NCBI GenBank assembly: GCA_044450385.1
Contig: JBIOIZ010000003.1
Location: forward strand, 10,049 to 74,048
Direction: 5' to 3'
Source of the DNA: Candidatus Dormibacteria bacterium
GTDB lineage: Bacteria > Chloroflexota > Dormibacteria > Aeolococcales > Aeolococcaceae
Length of the DNA: 64,000 nt
Of this stretch, positions 55,365-64,000 are shown one piece after another. The position numbers and the translations under genes were made by a program. Under the pieces are notes generated by a model. The model was not told the DNA's origin, did no database searches, and worked only from the letters and a program-made list of their open reading frames with translations. How positions within the stretch are numbered: position 1 is the first letter of the stretch; the number at the start of each line of letters is the position of its first letter.

Positions 55365-55928
55365 ATGACGCTGCAGGCAGAGACGCGGACCGCGATCGAG
55401 CGTGCCCGCGACCGCTACCCACTCGCGCGTAGCGCGATCCTTCCAGCCCTCTGGGCTGTCCAGCACGAATTGGGTCAGATCACTGCCGAGGCCATGCGCG
55501 AGGTATCCGTCATCCTGCAGGTGGCCCCGAGCGAGGTCGAGGCGGTCTCGACCTTCTACTCGATGTACTTCCAGCACCCCCACGGGCGCCACGAGGTGAT
55601 CGTCTGCATCAACGTCTCGTGCGCACTCCGCGGCGCCGAGGGCATCGTCGATCACATCGAGCGGACCCTCGGTTGCGCATCCGGTGAGACCACGGCGGAC
55701 GGGGCCTTCACATGGTCGAGCACCGTCGAGTGCCTCGGAGGCTGCGGCGGCGCCCCCACGATGCAGGTGGACCACCACTTCCAAGAGAACCTGACGCCCG
55801 AAAGAGTGGACGAGATCCTCGGAGCCCTGAGAGAGGCGACGGGCCCCGCGACCGCTGAGCCTGTTTCTGCGGCGCCAGAAGCGGCGAACACAGTTGCGAA
55901 GAAGCGTCGCGGCAAGGCGGCTCAGTAG
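55365..55928 (+). CDS. nuoE: NADH-quinone oxidoreductase subunit E
   Basis: 2Fe-2S thioredoxin-like motifs CINVSCALRG and ECLGGCGGAP. Confidence 0.9.
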   Translation: MTLQAETRTAIERARDRYPLARSAILPALWAVQHELGQITAEAMREVSVILQVAPSEVEAVSTFYSMYFQHPHGRHEVIVCINVSCALRGAEGIVDHIERTLGCASGETTADGAFTWSSTVECLGGCGGAPTMQVDHHFQENLTPERVDEILGALREATGPATAEPVSAAPEAANTVAKKRRGKAAQ

Positions 55929-55975
55929 GATGCAGCGGCCGATGAGCAGAACTGCACGGGACCGGACCGGCGTCG

Positions 55976-57265
55976 ATGGCTGAGTACAAGCTGCTCACCA
56001 AGGATTTCGGCGCGGAGGGCCTCCAGACCCTGAAGGGGTATGAGCGGGTCGGTGGCTACCAGGCGCTCCGTGATGCGTTCAAGAAGTTCACCCCGGACAC
56101 GCTGGTCTCCGAGGTCAAGACGAGCAACATCCGCGGTCGCGGAGGGGCGGGATTCCCGACTGGGATGAAATGGTCGTTCCTGCCCAAGGACGTGTTCCCG
56201 CGCTACCTCTGTTGCAATGCGGATGAATCCGAGCCGGGATGCTTCAAGGATCGGTACCTCATCGACAAGAGCCCGCACCAGCTCATCGAGGGGCTGCTGA
56301 TCGCGTCCTATGCACTCCAGGTGAACATCTCCTTCATCTATATCAGGGGTGAATATCACGACCAACGGCTCCTGCTCGAGCGGGCGGTGGAGGAGGCACG
56401 GACAGCCGGGTACATCGGTCGCAACATCCTCGGCAGCGGCTTCGACTGCGACGTCATCGTGCACGGCGGCGCGGGCGCCTACATCTGCGGAGAGGAGACG
56501 GCCCTGATCGAGTCGCTCGAGGGGCTTCGGGGTCAACCCAGGCTCAAGCCGCCGTTCCCGGCGATCAAGGGCCTCTACGGTCAGCCTACCGTCGTGAACA
56601 ACGTCGAGACGCTGTGCAACCTGCCCCACATCGTGCAGCGCGGCGGCGAGTGGTTCAAGTCGCTCGGCACTGAGAAGAGCACGGGGACGAGGGTGTTCTG
56701 CTGCAGTGGCCACATCAATCGCCCCGGGAACTATGAGATGCAACTCGGCACGCCGATTCGCGAGCTGCTCGAGGAGGAGTGCGGCGGCATATGGAAGGAC
56801 GGCTCCCTCAAGGCCTTCCAGCCCGGGGGCGGCTCCATGCAGGTGCTGCTCCCGCAGCACCTCGACCTGCCCCTCGACATGAATGCCGTGCAGGAAGCGG
56901 GGTCATCGCTCGGGGCGGGCGCGATGGTTTTCATGGATGAGACGACCTGCCTCGTCGACGTGTCGATGCGGCTGGTCGACTTCTATCGTCACGAGTCGTG
57001 CGGCAAGTGCGTTCCGTGCCGCGAGGGCACCTATTTCGAATCGGAGCTGATGCACCGGCTCGAGGCGGGTCTCGCGTCACGAGCAGAGCTCACGAGCCTC
57101 GCGGATATCTGCTCGAACATGGACGGTCGCTGCTTCTGCCCGCTCGGTGACACCGCGACCTGGTTCGTGATGTCCGCGTACAAGTACTTCCGTGACGAGT
57201 TCGAAGCGCACTGCGGTGCCGGCCGCTGCCCGGTGAGGGCGCACGCCACGGCTCTGGTGGCGTGA
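55976..57265 (+). CDS. nuoF: NADH-quinone oxidoreductase subunit F
   Basis: GRGGAGFPTGMKW (FMN site), CNADESEPG, ESCGKCVPCREG (N3 cluster). Confidence 0.95.
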   Translation: MAEYKLLTKDFGAEGLQTLKGYERVGGYQALRDAFKKFTPDTLVSEVKTSNIRGRGGAGFPTGMKWSFLPKDVFPRYLCCNADESEPGCFKDRYLIDKSPHQLIEGLLIASYALQVNISFIYIRGEYHDQRLLLERAVEEARTAGYIGRNILGSGFDCDVIVHGGAGAYICGEETALIESLEGLRGQPRLKPPFPAIKGLYGQPTVVNNVETLCNLPHIVQRGGEWFKSLGTEKSTGTRVFCCSGHINRPGNYEMQLGTPIRELLEEECGGIWKDGSLKAFQPGGGSMQVLLPQHLDLPLDMNAVQEAGSSLGAGAMVFMDETTCLVDVSMRLVDFYRHESCGKCVPCREGTYFESELMHRLEAGLASRAELTSLADICSNMDGRCFCPLGDTATWFVMSAYKYFRDEFEAHCGAGRCPVRAHATALVA

Positions 57266-59205
57266 CCGCCGTGGCGGAAACGGGAACGCCGCCCGAACAG
57301 CCGGATGACGGCCGCGTCGGCATCAGCATCGATGGACGCGATCTCCGTGTCCCCAAGGGCACGCTTGTCCTCGACGCAGCGACGTCGGCCGGCATCCACA
57401 TTCCGATTTATTGCGCCCATCCAAAGATGGACCCGGTCGCCGTGTGCCGGATGTGTCTCGTGAACATCGAGAAGTTCCCGAAGCCACAACCCGCATGCGC
57501 GACGGTGGCGGGTGATGGCATGGTCGTTCGCACCAACCTGCCCGAGGTCACCAAGCTTCGCGAGGGGATGCTGGAATTCCTGCTCCTCAATCACCCGCTC
57601 GACTGCCCGGTCTGCGATCGGGGAGGGGAGTGCGACCTCCAGGACTTCACGTTCCGCTACGGACCGGGAATCTCGCGGTTCCCCATCACCGAGAAAGTCC
57701 ATTTCAAGAAGGCGCTCCCGCTCTCCGAGCACATCGAACTCGATCAGGAGCGATGCATCCTGTGCTGGCGCTGCGTCCGCTACTACGACGAGATCACCGG
57801 TGAGAAGGAGATCGTTCTCCAGCAACGAGGTGTCGACACCCTGGTGGCGACCTTCGATGACCAGCCGCTGCAATCGAAGTTCCAGGGAAACCTTCCCGAG
57901 GTCTGCCCCGTGGGGGCGCTCACCCACAGGAAGTACCGTTTCGTCTCGCGGCCCTGGGATCTGCAGCGGACGGCCAGCATCTGCCCCGAGTGTTCCTACG
58001 GATGCAACATCAATGTCGACAGTCGAGATTTCGAGGTGCGCCGGTTTGCATCGCGCGACAATCCGCTCGTCGATGACATGTGGCTCTGCGATCGCGGTCG
58101 CTACAGCTTCGACCGCTGGAACAGCTCGGACCGGGTCCGCCGTCCGGTGGTGCGCAGCGACGACGAGTCGCGTGACGTGTCGGTCCCCGAGGCGATCACC
58201 CAGGCAGCACGGCGTCTGCGCGAGATCGCCGATGAGTACGGCGCGGGATCGATCGGCGTGCTCGGTTCGAGTGCAAGCACGAATGAGGAGCTGTTCCTGC
58301 TCGAACGCATCGCCCGGCAGGTGATCGGCACGCCGCATGTGGACCATCAGCTCGCGGCGTTCGAGGGACTGTCGGCGGATGAGCACGAGCTCGGCATCGC
58401 TGACATCGAGGATTGCGATGCGCTGATCGTGCTCGGGACCGAGCCGGAGGAGCAGGCACCCGTGCTCACACTGCGCCTGTACAAGGCCGAGCGCAAGAAG
58501 GGCGCGCGCGTGATCCGGCTGAGCAGCGACGTGTCAACGGGAGATGCTGTGGCTGCCGCCGGCACCGCTGCGCGCATCGGCCTCATCGCCGACGAGACCA
58601 ATCGCGAGCATGCGGCTGGGCTCGCAAGCGCACTCGGTGCGGCCGCCGCTGTGCGCCGGCTCACGATCACGCGCGGAACCAACGGTCGCGGAGCCAAAGA
58701 CCTTGGCCTGCTGCCGAATTTCGGCCCGGCGTACGCATCGATCGCGGAGCCGGGCAAGAATGGCCGCCAGATCCTTGAAGGGCTTGCGGCCGGAGAGATG
58801 CGCGGGCTGCTCATGCTCGGCCCCAATCCGGCACTCGAGGCAGCCGGCGACCTGCTCGAGCGCGCCGTGCGCAAGGCGGCGTGCGTCGTGGCATTCGACA
58901 CACGTCCGGGCGTCGTGTCGCGCTACGCGACCGTGCTGTTTCCCGGGCACGCGATCTTCGAGAAAGCGGGTACCGTCACCAACGTCGAGGGGCGTGTTCA
59001 GCGGATCCGCGCCGGCTTGCCACCCGCGTCGGCGACGCCGGTGGAGACGCGTGTGCTCACCAGCATTGCAGGTGAGATGGGAGCAATTGGCTGGGGATCG
59101 GGCGATCCGCTCGCGGTCAACCGCCTGCTGCGCGACGAGTTTCCTGCGTATGGGCGCGCGGGCAACGGCGGGCGCGCCCTGTTCACCACAGAGGCGGTCG
59201 CGTGA
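57262..59205 (+). CDS. nuoG: NADH-quinone oxidoreductase subunit G (short form, 647 aa)
   Basis: GTGA overlap with nuoF. 2Fe-2S and 4Fe-4S motifs CAHPKMDPVAVCRMCLV, HPLDCPVCDRGGECDLQ, CILCWRCVR. Confidence 0.9.
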   Translation: MTAVAETGTPPEQPDDGRVGISIDGRDLRVPKGTLVLDAATSAGIHIPIYCAHPKMDPVAVCRMCLVNIEKFPKPQPACATVAGDGMVVRTNLPEVTKLREGMLEFLLLNHPLDCPVCDRGGECDLQDFTFRYGPGISRFPITEKVHFKKALPLSEHIELDQERCILCWRCVRYYDEITGEKEIVLQQRGVDTLVATFDDQPLQSKFQGNLPEVCPVGALTHRKYRFVSRPWDLQRTASICPECSYGCNINVDSRDFEVRRFASRDNPLVDDMWLCDRGRYSFDRWNSSDRVRRPVVRSDDESRDVSVPEAITQAARRLREIADEYGAGSIGVLGSSASTNEELFLLERIARQVIGTPHVDHQLAAFEGLSADEHELGIADIEDCDALIVLGTEPEEQAPVLTLRLYKAERKKGARVIRLSSDVSTGDAVAAAGTAARIGLIADETNREHAAGLASALGAAAAVRRLTITRGTNGRGAKDLGLLPNFGPAYASIAEPGKNGRQILEGLAAGEMRGLLMLGPNPALEAAGDLLERAVRKAACVVAFDTRPGVVSRYATVLFPGHAIFEKAGTVTNVEGRVQRIRAGLPPASATPVETRVLTSIAGEMGAIGWGSGDPLAVNRLLRDEFPAYGRAGNGGRALFTTEAVA

Positions 59206-60212
59206 TCGGGCCAGACGATCTCTGGTGGGTGCTGCTCATCAAGTGCGGCGTGCTCGTCGTGTTCCTCCTGACCGCATTCGCATATCTGACGCTCGCCGAA
59301 CGCAAGATCTCGGCCCGCATCCAGCTTCGCTACGGGCCCAACCGGGTCGGGCCCTTCGGGATGCTCCAGCCGGCAGCAGACGGGCTGAAGCTGTTCTTCA
59401 AGGAGAACGTCGCACCGGCCCAACGCGACAGGATCCTCTACCTGGTGGGGCCGAGCCTCGCCGGCGGTTCGGCGCTGCTGGCGTACGCGGTGATTCCGTG
59501 GGGCACCAACGACTGGTTCGGACACGTGTTCCACTGGGACATCGCCCACATCAACGTCGGCCTGCTGTTTATTCTCGGGATCACGTCACTGGGCGTGTAC
59601 TCGCTCTTCCTCGGGGGGTTCGCATCGAACAGCAAGTACTCGCTGCTCGGCGGCCTGCGCTCATCGGCGCAGCTCATCTCCTATGAGATGGCGGTGTCCT
59701 TCGCGCTCATCGGCGTGGTGATCCTCTCGGGCTCGCTCGACCTCGAAAAGATGGTGGGATCGCAGCAGGGACTCTGGTTCATCGTCCTGCAGCCGCTCGC
59801 GTTCATCCTCTATTTCACGGCGGCGTTCGCGGAAACCAATCGCCTGCCGTTCGACCTTCCCGAGGCGGAGACCGAGCTCATCGCCGGGTATCACACCGAA
59901 TATTCGGCGATGCGTTTCGGTCTGTACTTCCTCGGTGAGTACATCAACATGGTCACGGTCTGCTCCATCGCCACGGCACTCTTCCTCGGCGGCTGGCTGC
60001 CGCTCCTGCCGTTCCATCCCTTCGACTGGATTCCGGGACCCATCTGGTTCCTCGGCAAGGTCGGGGTGCTGCTCTTCGTGATGATCTGGGTGCGCTGGAC
60101 ACTCCCACGGCTCCGCTATGACCGGCTGATGAATTTCGGATGGAAGGTGCTGCTCCCTCTCGGGTTGATCAACATCATCGTCACCGGCGCGATCGTCGCG
60201 CTCCGGGCATGA
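59202..60212 (+). CDS. nuoH: NADH-quinone oxidoreductase subunit H
   Basis: AERKISARIQLRYGPNRVGPFGMLQPAADGLKL and EAETELIAGYHTEYS motifs. 8 TM helices. Confidence 0.95.
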   Translation: MIGPDDLWWVLLIKCGVLVVFLLTAFAYLTLAERKISARIQLRYGPNRVGPFGMLQPAADGLKLFFKENVAPAQRDRILYLVGPSLAGGSALLAYAVIPWGTNDWFGHVFHWDIAHINVGLLFILGITSLGVYSLFLGGFASNSKYSLLGGLRSSAQLISYEMAVSFALIGVVILSGSLDLEKMVGSQQGLWFIVLQPLAFILYFTAAFAETNRLPFDLPEAETELIAGYHTEYSAMRFGLYFLGEYINMVTVCSIATALFLGGWLPLLPFHPFDWIPGPIWFLGKVGVLLFVMIWVRWTLPRLRYDRLMNFGWKVLLPLGLINIIVTGAIVALRA

Positions 60213-60231
60213 CGGTGCCGAGGATGAGGCG

Positions 60232-60864
60232 TTGATCAAGGAGATCGCGAAGGGTCTCGCGTTCACGCTGAAGAAGATGGGGACGCATCCCATCACGGTG
60301 CAGTACCCGGAGGAGCAGAAACCGGTGTCGCCGCGCCATCGAGGACGGCACATCCTGCACCGCTACGACAACGGGCTGGAGCGCTGCATCGGCTGCGAGC
60401 TCTGTGCTGCCGCATGTCCAGTCGGCTGCATCTACGTGCTCGCCGCCGAGAACGATCCCAAGGCGCCGATCTCTCCCGGTGAGCGCTACGCGGAGCGGTA
60501 CGAGATCAACCTGATGCGCTGCATCTACTGCGGGTACTGCGCCGAGGCCTGCCCGACCGAGGCGATCACCCTCGGACCTCGCTTCGAGCTGGCCGATTAC
60601 CGCCGCGAGCGGACGGTGGTCACCAAGGCCGAGCTGCTCGAGTCGTGGCCCGGCTTCACACCTGGGGGGAGGCCGCCGAGCCCGGTCGGCGCCGGCGCCG
60701 ACCAGACCGGCCGCGAAGATCTCGATCCTGGTGTGCGACCTCGGGCCGCATGGTCCTCGCAGGAGAACACGCTCGACACCGAGACGGCGCCGCTGCCAGG
60801 CCAGCTCGGGGTGCCGGTCGATGTGCCGACAGTCATCGAACCCGGTGCGCGGAGGGCCAAATGA
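60232..60864 (+). CDS. nuoI: NADH-quinone oxidoreductase subunit I (with roughly 60-aa C-terminal extension)
   Basis: Two ferredoxin motifs CIGCELCAAACP and CIYCGYCAEACP. TTG start as in the track. Confidence 0.9.
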   Translation: MIKEIAKGLAFTLKKMGTHPITVQYPEEQKPVSPRHRGRHILHRYDNGLERCIGCELCAAACPVGCIYVLAAENDPKAPISPGERYAERYEINLMRCIYCGYCAEACPTEAITLGPRFELADYRRERTVVTKAELLESWPGFTPGGRPPSPVGAGADQTGREDLDPGVRPRAAWSSQENTLDTETAPLPGQLGVPVDVPTVIEPGARRAK

Positions 60865-61412
60865 CGGTCCTGTTCGCGGTGGTGATCGCCCTCGCCGCCG
60901 TCAGCTCACTCGGGGTCGTGCTCTCCCGGCAGACCATCTATTCGGCACTGAGCCTCGTGCTCACCGTCTCGATGCTCGCGGTGCTGTTCCTGCTCCTCAA
61001 CGCCCAGTTTCTCTTCGCTGTACAGCTGATTATTTACGCGGGCGCCGTGATGGTTCTGTTCGTCTTCATCGTGGCGCTGCTGAGCCCCGATGCGGAGGAT
61101 CGCCCGGTCTTCGACGCGCGCGCCATCATCGGCACCCTCGGCGTGATCGTGGTGACCGCGCTCGTGTTCATTGCCGCCCGCAATGGAATCACCTACAGCA
61201 CCAACGGGTTCCATGCCCTTGCGGTGGGCGCCGCCGGCAACCCCTACCACAGCTTCAGCTTCCCACCGGATGCGGTGAACAACGCCGGCAATGTGCAGAC
61301 TCTCGCCAGCCAGCTCTTCACCAACTACCTGCTGCCCTTCGAGATCACTTCGATGCTCCTGCTGGTCGCGGCCATCGGTGCTGTCTATCTGACCAGGCGC
61401 TCGAGTCAGTGA
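60861..61412 (+). CDS. nuoJ: NADH-quinone oxidoreductase subunit J
   Basis: ATGA overlap with nuo[18 protein letters not shown] motif. 183 aa. Confidence 0.9.
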   Translation: MTVLFAVVIALAAVSSLGVVLSRQTIYSALSLVLTVSMLAVLFLLLNAQFLFAVQLIIYAGAVMVLFVFIVALLSPDAEDRPVFDARAIIGTLGVIVVTALVFIAARNGITYSTNGFHALAVGAAGNPYHSFSFPPDAVNNAGNVQTLASQLFTNYLLPFEITSMLLLVAAIGAVYLTRRSSQ

Positions 61413-61425
61413 CGGAGAGCGAGAG

Positions 61426-61737
61426 ATGCTGAATCCAAATCTGTTTCCGTTCCTGCTCGGGCTCTCCGCGTTCCTGTTCTCTGTCGGCGCCATGGGCGTG
61501 CTCATCCGGCGCAACCCGATCGTTGTCTTCATGTGCATCGAGCTGATGCTCAACGCCGCCAACGTTGCGCTGGTGGCATACGGCCGTTTTCTCAACAGTG
61601 AGGAGGGCCAGATCTTCGCGCTCATGGTGATCGTGGTCGCGGCAGCCGAGGTCGTTGTGGGCCTGGCGCTGATCACGCAGATCTTCCGGCTCGGCCGCGA
61701 ACTCGATGTCGACGACCTGAGCGAGATGAAGGAGTGA
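61426..61737 (+). CDS. nuoK: NADH-quinone oxidoreductase subunit K
   Basis: 103 aa and 3 TM helices. [13 protein letters not shown] and [11 protein letters not shown] motifs. Confidence 0.9.
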   Translation: MLNPNLFPFLLGLSAFLFSVGAMGVLIRRNPIVVFMCIELMLNAANVALVAYGRFLNSEEGQIFALMVIVVAAAEVVVGLALITQIFRLGRELDVDDLSEMKE

Positions 61738-63683
61738 ACGTCAGCACCGCTTCGACGCTCGTCATGCTGGTGCTCCTCTTTCCGCTGCTCGGCGCGGCGT
61801 TGAATGGGTTTCTCGGGCCGGTGCTCGGTCGCCGCTTCGTCAACATCGCCGGGACGGTATCGATCTTCGCGTCCTTCGTGATCGCATGCCTGGTGCTTGC
61901 CAACGTCGTCGCGGCACCAACAGGCCACGGCGCGATCACCGTCCGGCTCTGGGACTGGCTCAACCTCGGGGGAGGCACCAACCTCTCGGTGGGGATGGAT
62001 TTCACGCTGGATGCGTTGAGCGCGCTGATGCTCATGGTCATCACCGGTGTGGGCTTTCTGATCCACGTCTACAGCGTCGGCTACATGGAGCACGACCCCG
62101 GGTTCGCGCGCTTCTTCAGCTACATGAACTTCTTCATCTTCTCGATGTTGACGCTCGTGCTCGCGGCGGACCTGGTGATCCTCATCATCGGATGGGCCCT
62201 GGTCGCGTTGAGCAGCTACCTGCTCATCGGCTTCTGGCACGACCGTCCGACAGCCGTTGCGGCGGCGCGCAAAGCCTTCATCACGCAGGTGATCGGCGAC
62301 GTCGCCCTGGTGATCGCGGCGTTTCTCATCGTGTTGAACACCCACACCCTCAGCCTGCCCAACGTCTTCGCACGCACCCAGGCGTTTCCTGCGGGTGGCG
62401 CGTTGATCACAGGGATCTGCGTGCTCCTGGCCATCGGCGCGTTCGCCAAGAGCGCGCAGTTCCCGCTGCACACGTGGTTGCCGGACGCCATGGAGGGCCC
62501 CACCCCGGTGTCCGCGCTGATCCACGCCGCGACCATGGTCACGGCCGGCGTGTATCTGATCGCGCGGTTCCATGTGCTCTTCAACCTCGCCCCGGTGGCC
62601 GAAGGTCTCGTGGCGTGCATCGGCATGGGGACGGCGGTGATGGCGGGGATCATCGCGCTGTCGCAGATCGACATCAAACGCGTGATCGCTTATTCGACGA
62701 TGTCGCAGATCGGTCTGATGATCTACGCCGTCGGCATCGGCGCGTATTCCGCGGGCATGTTCCATTTCGCGATGCACGCGGTGTTCAAGGCGCTCCTCTT
62801 CATGGCCGCCGGCAACGTGATTCATGCCCTCCACGACGAGCAGGACATCCGGCTCATGGGCGGTCTGCACGCGCGAATGCGCTGGACCCACCTGGCGTTC
62901 GGTGCCGGGTCCCTGGCACTCGCCGGCTTCTTCCTTTTCTCGGGATGGTTCAGCAAGGAGGACCTCCTCGGCTTCGGCACCGTGTCCGGCCCGGGGCCGG
63001 CGCCCTGGATCCTGTACGCGGTGGGAGTGGGCGTCAACGTGCTCACCGGGCTCTACGCCTTCCGTCTCTACTTCACGGTGTTCCAGGGCGAGCCTCAAAC
63101 CGCGCGTGGATTCGCGGTCAAAGAGGCCGGGTACTCGATGCTGATTCCGGTGGTGATCCTCGGTGGTCTGTCGGTCATCGTCGCGTGGCCACTGCAATTC
63201 CCGCTTCCGAACACCCTTCACGTCTTCAGCGACTTCCTGAGCCCGGTGTTCGCCGGCGCACAATCGCCCCTGCTCCATGACCCCTCGTTCGGCCTTGCGT
63301 TGATCGCCCTGGTCATCGGGACGGCGGCGAGCCTCATCGGCATCGGCCTCGCGATGCGCCTGTGGTATGAGCACCATCCGGACCCGCAGGTCGTGCTCGC
63401 GAGGCTGCCCCGCGTCGTCCCGCTCCTCTCGTACAACAAGTTCTACTTCGACGAGATCTATGATCGCGCACTCGTGCAACCGGTCAAAGCGGTCGCGCGC
63501 ACGGCGAGGCGCGTCGTCGAGCCCGACATCATGGATGGCTGGGTTCAGGGGATCGGGGAGCTGCTGCGCGGCTTCAGCATCGACCTGCGCACGGTGCAGA
63601 CCGGGTTGATACGCGACTACGCATCGATCTTCACCGTGTTCGCCGTCGTGCTCGTCGTGGTGTGGGTGTTCATCGCGAAATGA
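61734..63683 (+). CDS. nuoL: NADH-quinone oxidoreductase subunit L
   Basis: 649 aa antiporter-like subunit. [37 protein letters not shown]. Confidence 0.95.
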   Translation: MNVSTASTLVMLVLLFPLLGAALNGFLGPVLGRRFVNIAGTVSIFASFVIACLVLANVVAAPTGHGAITVRLWDWLNLGGGTNLSVGMDFTLDALSALMLMVITGVGFLIHVYSVGYMEHDPGFARFFSYMNFFIFSMLTLVLAADLVILIIGWALVALSSYLLIGFWHDRPTAVAAARKAFITQVIGDVALVIAAFLIVLNTHTLSLPNVFARTQAFPAGGALITGICVLLAIGAFAKSAQFPLHTWLPDAMEGPTPVSALIHAATMVTAGVYLIARFHVLFNLAPVAEGLVACIGMGTAVMAGIIALSQIDIKRVIAYSTMSQIGLMIYAVGIGAYSAGMFHFAMHAVFKALLFMAAGNVIHALHDEQDIRLMGGLHARMRWTHLAFGAGSLALAGFFLFSGWFSKEDLLGFGTVSGPGPAPWILYAVGVGVNVLTGLYAFRLYFTVFQGEPQTARGFAVKEAGYSMLIPVVILGGLSVIVAWPLQFPLPNTLHVFSDFLSPVFAGAQSPLLHDPSFGLALIALVIGTAASLIGIGLAMRLWYEHHPDPQVVLARLPRVVPLLSYNKFYFDEIYDRALVQPVKAVARTARRVVEPDIMDGWVQGIGELLRGFSIDLRTVQTGLIRDYASIFTVFAVVLVVVWVFIAK

Positions 63684-64000
63684 ATCACATCCCCTGGCTC
63701 ACCTTGCTGATCGTGATCCCCGCAGGGGCGGCGATCGTTCTGCAACTGATCCCGCGCCGCCTCACCGCCGCGGTGAAGGGATTCACCGTGGCTTCGACCC
63801 TGGTGAGCGCCGTGATCGTCACGTTGCTCCTGCTCTGGCTCCCCGGGAACAGGGCGACGGCCGGTCCACTGCCACTGCATTTCGAAGAGACGCACGCATG
63901 GCTCCCGGCCATCAATGCCACGTACCACGTCGGTATCGACGGCGTCTCGGCATGGTTGCTCGCGCTCAACGCTGGCGTCTTCCTGCTGGGGGCGCTGGCC
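63680..64000 (+). CDS. nuoM: NADH-quinone oxidoreductase subunit M (5' part; continues beyond window end)
   Basis: ATGA overlap with nuoL. My translation is [25 protein letters not shown]...YHVGIDGVSAWLLALNAGVFLLGALA, a typical NuoM N-terminus. Absent from the ORF track because there is no stop in the window. Confidence 0.8.
   Translation, partial: MNHIPWLTLLIVIPAGAAIVLQLIPRRLTAAVKGFTVASTLVSAVIVTLLLLWLPGNRATAGPLPLHFEETHAWLPAINATYHVGIDGVSAWLLALNAGVFLLGALA

Noticed and set aside
60906-63479. Very long ORFs antisense to real genes. Examples are 857 aa at 60906-63479 opposite nuoJ-L, 435 aa at 53927-55234 opposite nuoD, 451 aa at 57031-58386 opposite nuoG, and 397 aa at 10135-11328 and 403 aa at 16157-17368 in the cyclase/MFS region.
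   Set aside because: They are Arg/His/Asp/Gly/Pro-rich low-complexity translations with no motifs, lying exactly opposite strongly supported genes. This is a classic stop-codon-poor artefact of high-GC DNA.
1-64000. A search for CRISPR arrays, IS elements, integrases, prophage genes and rRNA.
   Set aside because: No regularly spaced direct repeats and no transposase, integrase or phage-like translations were seen in any frame of the ORF track.

Overview
GC-rich (by eye about two-thirds G+C) bacterial chromosomal segment with an actinobacterium-like gene set: an MshA-like GT4 glycosyltransferase, a 14-subunit nuo operon, many GTG/TTG starts, and frequent 4-nt ATGA/GTGA start-stop overlaps. 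No transposase, integrase, CRISPR array or rRNA was seen.

Gene order, left to right:
- Crotonase fragment, Orc1/Cdc6-like ATPase, RarD transporter, PcsB-like CHAP hydrolase, TatA, and small housekeeping or hypothetical genes.
- A dense cyclic-nucleotide signalling cluster (9.2-20.5 kb). It holds two tandem paralogous zinc-ribbon/class III cyclase/STAND-ATPase/TPR giants, an MFS transporter fused to a cNMP-binding domain, a translationally coupled GAF protein plus leaderless S8 protease, and a Crp/Fnr regulator.
- A two-component system.
- A compositionally mosaic accessory block (23.6-29.8 kb) ending at tRNA-Gly(UCC). It contains a YdeI-like gene, an RAE-like palindrome, a 33-codon glycosyltransferase remnant fused by ATGA to a Rox-like FAD monooxygenase, padR-DUF1048-drrAB-like efflux genes, and a low-GC alcohol dehydrogenase.
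- Housekeeping genes: rsgA, metG, rmlA/rmlD, trpS, and an archaeal-type tyrS.
- A cobalamin-riboswitch-controlled ECF transporter operon with two surface proteins that together resemble the two domains of transcobalamin.
- An mshA-like gene, pepN, and nuoA through nuoM (nuoM truncated at the window end).

The long ORFs antisense to these genes are typical high-GC artefacts and are not called. All function calls rest on motif recognition by eye in the supplied translations; no database search was possible.
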